This document shows positions 13,098 to 24,200 of a DNA stretch of 64,000 nt, one piece after another. The position numbers and the translations under genes are program-made. The notes under the pieces were generated by a model that was not told the origin of the DNA, made no database searches, and saw only the letters and a list, made by a program, of their open reading frames with translations. Origin of the DNA: Eledone cirrhosa (lineage: Eukaryota); assembly GCA_964016885.1 (NCBI GenBank), contig OZ024755.1, forward strand, positions 33,294,001 to 33,358,000. Direction: 5' to 3'. Position 1 is the stretch's first letter, and every line of letters starts with the position of its first letter.

Positions 13098-13463
13098 CAT
13101 ACTATATGTTAAGTATTTCTGTGGAAAAGGTAAAGGAAAGAAGAGTGCTCAATGTATAGTACAGAGCTATTTAATTATATAATAAACAACACAATATAAT
13201 TATTCCATTACCCAAGGTTTCACGAAGTTAGACGATTCTAACAGAAGCATCTGAATCCGTTCATCAGATATCCAAATAAAGATTTCTATCTGATGAATGG
13301 ATTCAGGTGTTTCTGTTAGAATCGCCTAACTTCGTGAAACCTTGGGTAATGGAATAATTATATTGTGTTGTTTATTATATAATTAAATAGCTCTGTACTA
13401 TACATTGAGCACTCTTCTTTCCTTTACCTTTTCCACAGAAATACTTAACATATAGTATGTATA
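13094..13463. repeat. Long inverted repeat (177-bp arms, 16-nt spacer), probable PLE pseudo-LTR fold-back
   Basis: 13094-13270 is the reverse complement of 13287-13463 with 4 mismatches; abuts (TA)n. Confidence 0.95.
13284..13354 (+). ncRNA. Type I hammerhead ribozyme (predicted)
   Basis: Stem I TTCTAT/ATGGAA; core CTGATGA 13290-13296; stem II ATGGA/TTCGT; GAAA 13336-13339; stem III ACC-TTG-GGT; cleavage triplet GTA, cut after 13348. Confidence 0.75.
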
Positions 13464-13619
13464 ATGGAATAATTATATTGTGTTTATTATATAATTAAAT
13501 ATATTAATATATACTATACATAAAAAACACTCCCAAGTAGTAGTTGCTGAAGTACTTTCCAGTTCAGTATGCCACTTTGGAACACTAATAGTATTTATGA
13601 ATATATCATAATTATTAAT

Positions 13620-14105
13620 GCTAGCATTCTTTAGGACTGGCTAGGTCCACTGCTCTCAATTGTGATGCTGTTGCTTCCAAGTTTGGCAATTTATTTTCAA
13701 GACGTCTGCATCTTGTACCAGTTGACATTATTCCAGAAATAAAAACATCTATTATCAAATATTTGATATAGTGTACAGATGACGTTACCTTCGATAAATT
13801 GATCCATGTATTCTGTTAGCTGTTACTCGAGTGTTATAATTTGATATCTCACAAAATTCTAATCCACTGGTTTAATGTAGATATCCCTTTAGGCTATTTA
13901 TCAAATCTTTGCAATTGTCACAATCTATGATAAGTTTGAATACTTCATGAGATATGAAGTTTAGGAGGGTATGAATTCTGTTAAGATCAGGAATAGAAGC
14001 AAGGAAGTTTTTCAAATGTATGTAGCCATTGTTTGAATTCCAAAGAGATAGGTGCTGATTGAAAAGGAATTGTGTTAAGTCTACCATGCTTAAAACTTTG
14101 TCCAT
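13620..14105 (-). pseudogene. Decayed Gypsy-type LTR retrotransposon gag
   Basis: MDKVL..NFLASIPDLNRIHTLLNFISHEVFKLIIDC, then YIKPVD*NFVRYQI..MDQFI, then IDVFISGIMS..RRLENKLPNL; recalled similarity to animal Gypsy gag N-termini. Confidence 0.6.
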
Positions 14106-14327
14106 GTTGGATTCAGTGAATAAATAAACTACTATAAGACATATTTATTAAAGAGATCCATATACCACAGACGTTACTAAGAAATAATATTATAACACAA
14201 GATCAGGCTTAAGTAAGAGAAAGATCTTGCCCATTACATAATATAATATTATCAAAAAAACATAGAATCCCAGCAAATAACCTTAAACCTCTTCATTTTG
14301 TTCCATTTGGTCTGTAGTATTTACATT

Positions 14328-14750
14328 ACTTTAGTATTTACATTATTCCATATATTTACCATTATATTTTAATGATAAAGGCGTTACCTCACATAATTAT
14401 CTAACATAATATCGAATCTATGAGATTTTGATATTGTTTATTTTGAGAACAATACCTTAACATCACTATGAGTGGCCAGTTACAGCCGGTTTGAATGGGG
14501 AGAGGTGAGCGAATTCTAGCCAAATACTGCCTGTTTAACTATTTAGTATCTTTATTAATCTTTATATTTACTATCATATTTTCATGGTAAAGGCTTTATC
14601 TCACATAATTATCTCATATTTTATCGAATCTATGAGATTTTGATATTGTTTATTTTGAGAACAATACTTTAACATAAGTATGAGCAGCCAGTTATGGCAG
14701 GTTTGAACAGAAAGAGGTGAAAGAATTCTGGCTGGATACAGTCAGTATAA
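14328..14750 (-). mobile_element. Two tandem family P MITE copies
   Basis: Internal MITE sequence repeated at ~14330-14540 and ~14545-14750. Confidence 0.75.
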
Positions 14751-14818
14751 ATTCTTCTTTTTCTTCGCTCACTTATTCCTGAGAAAGTCCTCAAACACCA
14801 CTCCCTCTAGCAGGTAGT

Positions 14819-15059
14819 TTAACCCTTGTGTTCAAACCGGCCAAAACCAGCCAGAATTCTCTACTTCTTTCTGTTGAAACTGGCTGTAACTGGCCACTCA
14901 AACTGACGTTAAGGTATTATTCTCAAAATAAATATTTTCAAAATCTCATAGATTCGATATTATGTGAGATAACTATGTGAGGTAAAGCCTTTACCATGAA
15001 AATACAATAGTATATATAAAATAATGTGAATGCTAAAGGGTTAAATGCTAAAGGGTTAA
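14819..15059 (+). mobile_element. Family P MITE with duplicated right TIR
   Basis: TTAA-CCCTT start; atgctaaagggttaa twice at end. Confidence 0.85.
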
Positions 15060-15917
15060 ATCAACTTTGTAAAGCACATTCCTTCTCAAGACAGAACGTA
15101 TCGATTCAATTAGAAATTGAACCTATGCTGCAGACATTTCGCTGATAGTCTCACCACTATTTAGGATGGACTAAAAGAAATATGGTTGCATTAACTCCAT
15201 CATCAGTCTAACAAATGCAAGACTATATCATGATTAACAAATATTATATCATATTAAAATCCTACTATAATAAATAGAGATATGATGACTAAGTGGAAAA
15301 GAGAGGTCTTTAGTTCAAACCTACTTCAGGTGTTTGTGAGTGTCTAGAGGCTGTATTATACAATATCTTAGTTTAACTAGCTGCTGGAGATAAGTATCAG
15401 GTCATCTGAGAATGTTACATGTAATAAAGTTGAATCCTATCCACTGAGAGTGAGAGAGTGTGTGTGTGTGTCAGAGAGAGAGGGAAAGAGAAGGAGGGTG
15501 GGTGTGTGTGTGAAAAGGAGAGAGAGAGAGATATGTATAATACCAGAGATAATAATCATCATTGCTTAAAAGCCTCTTGGCCAGGGGTACTTATAAAGCT
15601 TTTTAGATATTTGATATTTATCATAACTATAGTTATTTGAATCGATAATTCATAGCTTCTCACTGACGATGTGTTGTGATCATAGCTAAGGTACTTAATA
15701 ATCTTTGCTTCACTTCATCGCAATGTAAACAAATATTACCTTGCTCACCACTGCAAGTAGCAGAAACACTATATAATTAATTGCTTCAATATCTTTCAGC
15801 ATTGTGTTCAAATTCTGCTACAAAACACATCCCTGGTAGATATATCTGTAGAACCCATACTACACCTACCATACCAAATGTAAAAATTTGGTAATATTAA
15901 ACAGGTAATATTAAAAT

Positions 15918-16122
15918 GGCGTTGGATTGGCAGTATCGGTAGAGGGTCTGACAATACTGACGATGCTTTGTAGCAAAGAGTTACGTCCCTTTATGGTCTG
16001 AGTTCAAATCCCACCGAGGTTAACTTTGCCTTTCATCCTTACGGGGTCGATAAAATAAAGTACCAGTAATACACTGGAATTATTTGCTGACCTTGTGTGT
16101 GTCAAAGGTAGAAACAAATATT
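15918..16122 (+). mobile_element. SINE family A
   Basis: A/B boxes, Nin core; aatattaaa on both flanks. Confidence 0.85.
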
Positions 16123-16302
16123 AAATAGGAAATAAAAAAAATATGAAAATATCACATGTCAGCTAAGAGGATTTTAACAGCGAGGTTTTAGTTTTAGGAT
16201 ATGAAGAGAATGAAAGATAATTCTCATCTGCTTCTGGAAATGATCCCAGTCTATTGTAGGTGAATTATGAGTCAGTGGTCCAACATATTATCCAGAAGGC
16301 CA

Positions 16303-16627
16303 TATGTGGAGGTGTGTGGCCTAGTGGTAAGGGTGTTGGACTATGTGGAGGTGTGTGGCCTAGTGGTAAAGGTGTTGGACTTATAATCATAATGTCATAG
16401 TTTTGATTCCTGGGCTGGGTTGCGTGGTGTGTTCTTGAGCAAAACACTTCATTTCACGTTGCTCCAGTATACTCAGCCATAAACGAGTACCAACAATAGC
16501 TGGGGATTTAACCCTATGATGGACTGGTGTCCTGTCCAGGGTGGAGTTTTGTATTCTTAGTTGCTTCATGCCATGAAATCGGGATAAGCACCGGCCTAAC
16601 GAGCCTTCTGGCTCAAGACAGACTTTA
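16303..16627 (+). mobile_element. SINE family B with duplicated 39-bp head
   Basis: tatgtggaggtgtgtggcctagtggtaa(g/a)ggtgttggac x2, then family B body. Confidence 0.85.
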
Positions 16628-16736
16628 TACCATATTGCTATTATTGAAATAGAAAAAGTGAAGGACATGTCTAACAGCATTATTCCAGCATGATCATAAT
16701 TTCTTCTTCCTGTTTTCTCCAAGTTCATTCTCCCAA

Positions 16737-16773
<37 letters not shown>

Positions 16774-16774
<1 letters not shown>

Positions 16775-16994
16775 CAGCTGTAGAAATGAGATGATAGGGA
16801 CTGGGGTCCCTATCATTCCACTGCAAAGTGGTCGTGGAGGTGCCACGGCAAAAAGCACGCAGCACTCACTGTAAATGAGGTTGGTGTTAGGAAGGGCATC
16901 CAGCTGTAGAAAACAAGCCAGAATCAGTTCCCGTCCCACCCTTGCAAGCAGGGAAAAGTGGACGTAAAATGATGATGATGATGATGATGATGAT
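16774..16994 (+). mobile_element. 5'-truncated SINE with RTE-derived 3' end (family D)
   Basis: Matches 47975-48263; (ATG)n tail. Confidence 0.75.
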
Positions 16995-17707
16995 ATATAT
17001 ATATAATCTGTATTGACTCAAACATACACACACATATTCATACCTACATCTAAACTATAATAAAAGAAGGTCTGCAGGACTGCGTACGGTTTATTTTTTT
17101 TTATCCCGTTAGAAAAATAAGTTGGATTACTTTGAATAAATAATTGTTTCTACTTTAGGCACATGGCCAGCAATTACCCAGTACATTACCGGTACTTTAT
17201 TTTATCGACTCCGTAAGGATGAAAATTTGAATAAATAATGAATGAATATTACATAATTTATCTACTAAATTTCGTAAACAAAAATAATTTCGTAAAAATA
17301 AATAATTTAAAATTGACTTCTTTTCAAAGTTGCACTTCTGGTATATCATCACCACCACCACCACCTCAACTACCATATATATAGAAAGAGAGAGTGTGTG
17401 ATGTCAACACTTCCGGTGGCGATCACTTAAATAAACATACTAATTTTCTCCTAATGCAGTTTATATATAATATCGTCGTTTTTTAATGTATCATGGATTA
17501 CGTTACTGATTACATAAGACAGTGTAACGCAGTCTTCATTCAATTTCTGTGTATATTGTCAATTACAATTTTATTTGATGTATCATATCAACATGTATAT
17601 ATATACCTGCGTATAATATCAATATACACACTACACATGCTAGCAGAAAACCACTCGAAATGTGGTTTTCTGCTAGTATATCTAAAAAGTCTAAAGTCTA
17701 TCTTTAG

Positions 17708-17953
17708 CTAGAAGACTCATTTGGCCAGTCCTTATAGCGGTTTCATGGCATGAAGCAAGAGTACAAGACTTCCCCCTGGACAGGATGCCGGTTAAACCCC
17801 CAGCTATTGCTGGTACTTATTTTCAGCTGAGTATACTGGAGCAACGTGAAATGAAGTGTTTTGATCAAGAACACAACACAAAACCCAGGAATCGAACCCC
17901 GGACATTATGATCGTAAGTCCAACACACTTACCACTAGGCCACATGCCTCCAC
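17708..17953 (-). mobile_element. SINE family B
   Basis: Homologous to 8853-9114. Confidence 0.85.
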
Positions 17954-17967
17954 ACCTACATATATAT

Positions 17968-18131
17968 ACACTGTAAATGTGGTTGGCATCAGGAAGGGCA
18001 TCAGCCATAGAAAACGAATCAGAAACAGTTCTATATGAGGAAGACACGGTCACCTGACCAAACTTGCCTCTAATGGGAAAACCAGTCTAACCCATGCTGG
18101 CGTAGAAATCTGTACATAGCTTAAAATGTGA
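17968..18131 (+). mobile_element. RTE-family 3' UTR fragment
   Basis: ggttggcatcaggaagggcatc..aacccatgctggcgtagaaa shared with other RTE UTR copies. Confidence 0.6.
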
Positions 18132-18221
18132 TAAGGAGCCCTGCAAATAAACCTTCGATCTATTGGTCAAATAGATACAGCCCTCTCTCTTTTTAGCAGT
18201 CACATCATTGATGTTCCACTG

Positions 18222-21200
18222 GGTATTAATGTAGTGTGTTGTATGTAGAGTGGTATTAATGTAGTGTGTTGTATGTAGAGTGGTATTAATGTAGTGTGTT
18301 GTATGTAGAGTGGTATTAATGTAGTGTGTTGTATGTAGAGTGGTATTAATGTAGTGTGTTGTATGTAGAGTGGTATTAATGTAGTGTGTTGTATGTAGAG
18401 TGGTATTAATGTAGTGTGTTGTATGTAGAGTGGTATTAATGTAGTGTGTTGTATGTAGTGTGGTATTAATGTAGTGTGTTGTATGTAGAGTGGTATTAAT
18501 GTAGTGTGTTGTATGTAGAGTGGTATTAATGTAGTGTGTTGTATGTAGTGTGGTATTAATGTAGTGTGTTGTATGTAGTGTGGTATTAATGTAGTGTGTT
18601 GTATGTAGTGTGGTATTAATGTAGTGTGTTGTATGTAGTGTGGTATTAATGTAGTGTGTTGTATGTAGAGTGGTATTAATGTAGTGTGTTGTATGTAGAG
18701 TGGTATTAATGTAGTGTGTTGTATGTAGAGTGGTATTAATGTAGTGTGTTGTATGTAGAGTGGTATTAATGTAGTGTGTTGTATGTAGTGTGGTATTAAT
18801 GTAGTGTGTTGTATGTAGTGTGGTATTAATGTAGTGTGTTGTATGTAGTGTGGTATTAATGTAGTGTGTTGTATGTAGTGTGGTATTAATGTAGTGTGTT
18901 GTATGTAGAGTGGTATTAATGTAGTGTGTTGTATGTAGAGTGGTATTAATGTAGTGTGTTGTACGTAGTGTGGTATTAATGTAGTGTGTTGTATGTAGTG
19001 TGGTATTAATGTAGTGTGTTGTATGTAGAGTGGTATTAATGTAGTGTGTTGTATGTAGAGTGGTATTAATGTAGTGTGTTGTACGTAGTGTGGTATTAAT
19101 GTAGTGTGTTGTATGTAGTGTGGTATTAGTGTAGTGTGTTGTATGTAGTGTGGTATTAATGTAGTGTGTTGTATGTAGTGTGGTATTAATGTAGTGTGTT
19201 GTATGTAGTGTGGTATTAATGTAGTGTGCTGTATGTAGAGTGGTATTAATGTAGTGTGTTGTATGTAGTGTGGTATTAATGTAGTGTGTTGTACGTAGTG
19301 TGGTATTAATGTAGTGTGCTGTATGTAGAGTGGTATTAATGTAGTGTGTTGTATGTAGTGTGGTATTAATGTAGTGTGTTGTATGTACAGTGGTATTAAT
19401 GTAGTGTGTTGTATGTAGTGTGGTATTAGTGTAGTGTGTTGTATGTAGCGTGGTATTAATGTAGTGTGTTGTATGTAGTGTGGTATTAATGTAGTGTGTT
19501 GTATGTAGCGTGGTATAAATGTAGTGTGTTGTATGTAGTGTGGTATTAATGTAGTGTGTTGTATGTAGCGTGGTATAAATGTAGTGTGTTGTATGTAGTG
19601 TGGTATTAATGTAGTGTGTTGTATGTAGTGTGGTATTAATGTAGTGTGTTGTATGTAGTGTGGTATTAATGTAGTGTGTTGTATGTAGAGTGGTATTAAT
19701 GTAGTGTGCTGTATGTAGAGTGGTATTAATGTAGTGTGCTGTATGTAGAGTGGTATTAATGTAGTGTGTTGTATGTAGAGTGGTATTAATGTAGTGTGGT
19801 ATTAATGTAGTGTGTTGTATGTAGTGTGGTATTAATGTAGTGTGTTGTATGTAGTGTGGTATTAATGTAGTGTGTTGTATGTAGAGTGGTATTAATGTAG
19901 TGTGGTATTAATGTAGTGTGTTGTATGTAGTGTGGTATTAATGTAGTGTGGTATTAATGTAGTGTGTTGTATGTAGTGTGGTATTAATGTAGTGTGTTGT
20001 ATGTAGAGTGGTATTAATGTAGTGTGGTATTAATGTAGTGTGTTGTATGTAGTGTGGTATTAATGTAGTGTGGTATTAATGTAGTGTGTTGTATGTAGTG
20101 TGGTATTAATGTAGTGTGTTGTATGTAGAGTGGTATTAATGTAGTGTGGTATTAATGTAGTGTGTTGTATGTAGAGTGGTATTAATGTAGTGTGGTATTA
20201 ATGTAGTGTGTTGTATGTAGTGTGGTATTAATGTAGTGTGTTGTATGTAGTTAGTGTGGTATTAGTGTAGTGTGTTGTATGTAGCGTGGTATTAATGTAG
20301 TGTGTTGTATGTAGTGTGGTATTAATGTAGTGTGTTGTATGTAGCGTGGTATAAATGTAGTGTGTTGTATGTAGTGTGGTATTAATGTAGTGTGTTGTAT
20401 GTAGCGTGGTATAAATGTAGTGTGTTGTATGTAGTGTGGTATTAATGTAGTGTGTTGTATGTAGTGTGGTATTAATGTAGTGTGTTGTATGTAGCGTGGT
20501 ATAAATGTAGTGTGTTGTATGTACAGTGGTATTAATGTAGTGTGTTGTATGTAGTGTGGTATTAGTGTAGTGTGTTGTATGTAGAGTGGTATTAATGTAG
20601 TGTGTTGTATGTAGAGTGGTATTAATGTAGTGTGTTGTATGTAGAGTGGTATTAATGTAGTGTGTTGTATGTAGTGTGGTATTAATGTAGAGTGGTATTA
20701 ATGTAGTGTGTTGTATGTAGAGTGGTATTAATGTAGTGTGTTGTATGTAGTGTGGTATTAATGTAGTGTGTTGTATGTAGTGTGGTATTAATGTAGTGTG
20801 TTGTATGTAGCGCGGTATAAATGTAGTGTGTTGTATGTAGAGTGGTATTAATGTAGTGTGTTGTATGTAGAGTGGTATTAATGTAGTGTGTTGTATGTAG
20901 TGTGGTATTAATGTAGTGTGTTGTATGTAGTGTGGTATTAATGTAGTGTGCTGTATGTAGAGTGGTATTAATGTAGTGTGGTATTAATGTAGTGTGTTGT
21001 ATGTAGAGTGGTATTAATGTAGTGTGTTGTATGTAGCGTGGTATTAATGTAGTGTGCTGTATGTAGAGTGGTATTAATGTAGTGCTTGTATGTAGCGTGG
21101 TATTAATGTAGTGTGTTGTATGTAGTGTGGTATTAATGTAGTGTGTTGTATGTAGAGTGGTATTAATGTAGTGTGTTGTATGTACAGTGGTATTAATGTA

Positions 21201-24200
21201 GTGTGGTATTAATGTAGTGTGTTGTATGTAGTGTGGTATTAATGTAGTGTGTTGTATGTAGAGTGGTATTAATGTAGTGTGTTGTATGTAGTGTGGTATT
21301 AATGTAGAGTGGTATTAATGTAGTGTGTTGTATGTAGAGTGGTATTAATGTAGTGTGTTGTATGTAGCGTGGTATTAATGTAGTGTGTTGTATGTAGAGT
21401 GGTATTAATGTAGTGCTTGTATGTAGCGTGGTATTAATGTAGTGTGTTGTATGTAGAGTGGTATTAATGTAGTGTGTTGTATGTAGCGTGGTATTAATGT
21501 AGTGTGTTGTATGTAGAGTGGTATTAATGTAGTGTGTTGTATGTACAGTGGTATTAATGTAGTGTGGTATTAATGTAGTGTGTTGTATGTAGTGTGGTAT
21601 TAATGTAGTGTGTTGTATGTAGTGTGGTATTAGTGTAGTGTGTTGTATGTAGAGTGGTATTAATGTAGTGTGTTGTATGTAGAGTGGTATTAATGTAGTG
21701 TGCTGTATGTAGAGTGGTATTAATGTAGTGTGTTGTATGTAGTGTGGTATTAATGTAGTGTGCTGTATGTAGAGTGGTATTAATGTAGTGTGTTGTATGT
21801 AGTGTGGTATTAATGTAGTGTGTTGTATGTAGAGTGGTATTAATGTAGTGTGTTGTATGTAGTGTGGTATTAATGTAGTGTGTTGTATGTAGAGTGGTAT
21901 TAATGTAGTGTGTTGTATGTAGAGTGGTATTAATGTAGTGTGTTGTACGTAGTGTGGTATTAATGTAGTGTGTTGTATGTAGTGTGGTATTAATGTAGTG
22001 TGTTGTATGTAGAGTGGTATTAATGTAGTGTGTTGTATGTAGAGTGGTATTAATGTAGTGTGTTGTATGTAGTGTGGTATTAATGTAGTGTGTTGTATGT
22101 AGTGTGGTATTAATGTAGTGTGTTGTATGTAGTGTGGTATTAATGTAGTGTGTTGTATGTAGTGTGGTATTAATGTAGTGTGTTGTATGTAGAGTGGTAT
22201 TAATGTAGTGTGTTGTATGTAGAGTGGTATTAATGTAGTGTGTTGTATGTAGAGTGGTATTAATGTAGTGTGTTGTATGTAGAGTGGTATTAATGTAGTG
22301 TGTTGTATGTAGTGTGGTATTAATGTAGTGTGTTGTATGTAGTGTGGTATTAATGTAGTGTGTTGTATGTAGTGTGGTATTAATGTAGTGTGTTGTATGT
22401 AGTGTGGTATTAATGTAGTGTGTTGTATGTAGAGTGGTATTAATGTAGTGTGTTGTATGTAGAGTGGTATTAATGTAGTGTGTTGTACGTAGTGTGGTAT
22501 TAATGTAGTGTGTTGTATGTAGTGTGGTATTAGTGTAGTGTGTTGTATGTAGTGTGGTATTAATGTAGTGTGTTGTATGTAGTGTGGTATTAATGTAGTG
22601 TGTTGTATGTAGTGTGGTATTAATGTAGTGTGCTGTATGTAGAGTGGTATTAATGTAGTGTGTTGTATGTAGTGTGGTATTAATGTAGTGTGTTGTACGT
22701 AGTGTGGTATTAATGTAGTGTGCTGTATGTAGAGTGGTATTAATGTAGTGTGTTGTATGTAGTGTGGTATTAATGTAGTGTGTTGTATGTACAGTGGTAT
22801 TAATGTAGTGTGTTGTATGTAGTGTGGTATTAGTGTAGTGTGTTGTATGTAGCGTGGTATTAATGTAGTGTGTTGTATGTAGTGTGGTATTAATGTAGTG
22901 TGTTGTATGTAGCGTGGTATAAATGTAGTGTGTTGTATGTAGTGTGGTATTAATGTAGTGTGTTGTATGTAGCGTGGTATAAATGTAGTGTGTTGTATGT
23001 AGTGTGGTATTAATGTAGTGTGTTGTATGTAGTGTGGTATTAATGTAGTGTGTTGTATGTAGTGTGGTATTAATGTAGTGTGTTGTATGTAGAGTGGTAT
23101 TAATGTAGTGTGCTGTATGTAGAGTGGTATTAATGTAGTGTGCTGTATGTAGAGTGGTATTAATGTAGTGTGTTGTATGTAGAGTGGTATTAATGTAGTG
23201 TGGTATTAATGTAGTGTGTTGTATGTAGTGTGGTATTAATGTAGTGTGTTGTATGTAGTGTGGTATTAATGTAGTGTGTTGTATGTAGAGTGGTATTAAT
23301 GTAGTGTGGTATTAATGTAGTGTGTTGTATGTAGTGTGGTATTAATGTAGTGTGGTATTAATGTAGTGTGTTGTATGTAGTGTGGTATTAATGTAGTGTG
23401 TTGTATGTAGAGTGGTATTAATGTAGTGTGGTATTAATGTAGTGTGTTGTATGTAGTGTGGTATTAATGTAGTGTGGTATTAATGTAGTGTGTTGTATGT
23501 AGTGTGGTATTAATGTAGTGTGTTGTATGTAGAGTGGTATTAATGTAGTGTGGTATTAATGTAGTGTGTTGTATGTAGAGTGGTATTAATGTAGTGTGGT
23601 ATTAATGTAGTGTGTTGTATGTAGTGTGGTATTAATGTAGTGTGTTGTATGTAGTTAGTGTGGTATTAGTGTAGTGTGTTGTATGTAGCGTGGTATTAAT
23701 GTAGTGTGTTGTATGTAGTGTGGTATTAATGTAGTGTGTTGTATGTAGCGTGGTATAAATGTAGTGTGTTGTATGTAGTGTGGTATTAATGTAGTGTGTT
23801 GTATGTAGCGTGGTATAAATGTAGTGTGTTGTATGTAGTGTGGTATTAATGTAGTGTGTTGTATGTAGTGTGGTATTAATGTAGTGTGTTGTATGTAGCG
23901 TGGTATAAATGTAGTGTGTTGTATGTACAGTGGTATTAATGTAGTGTGTTGTATGTAGTGTGGTATTAGTGTAGTGTGTTGTATGTAGAGTGGTATTAAT
24001 GTAGTGTGTTGTATGTAGAGTGGTATTAATGTAGTGTGTTGTATGTAGAGTGGTATTAATGTAGTGTGTTGTATGTAGTGTGGTATTAATGTAGAGTGGT
24101 ATTAATGTAGTGTGTTGTATGTAGAGTGGTATTAATGTAGTGTGTTGTATGTAGTGTGGTATTAATGTAGTGTGTTGTATGTAGTGTGGTATTAATGTAG

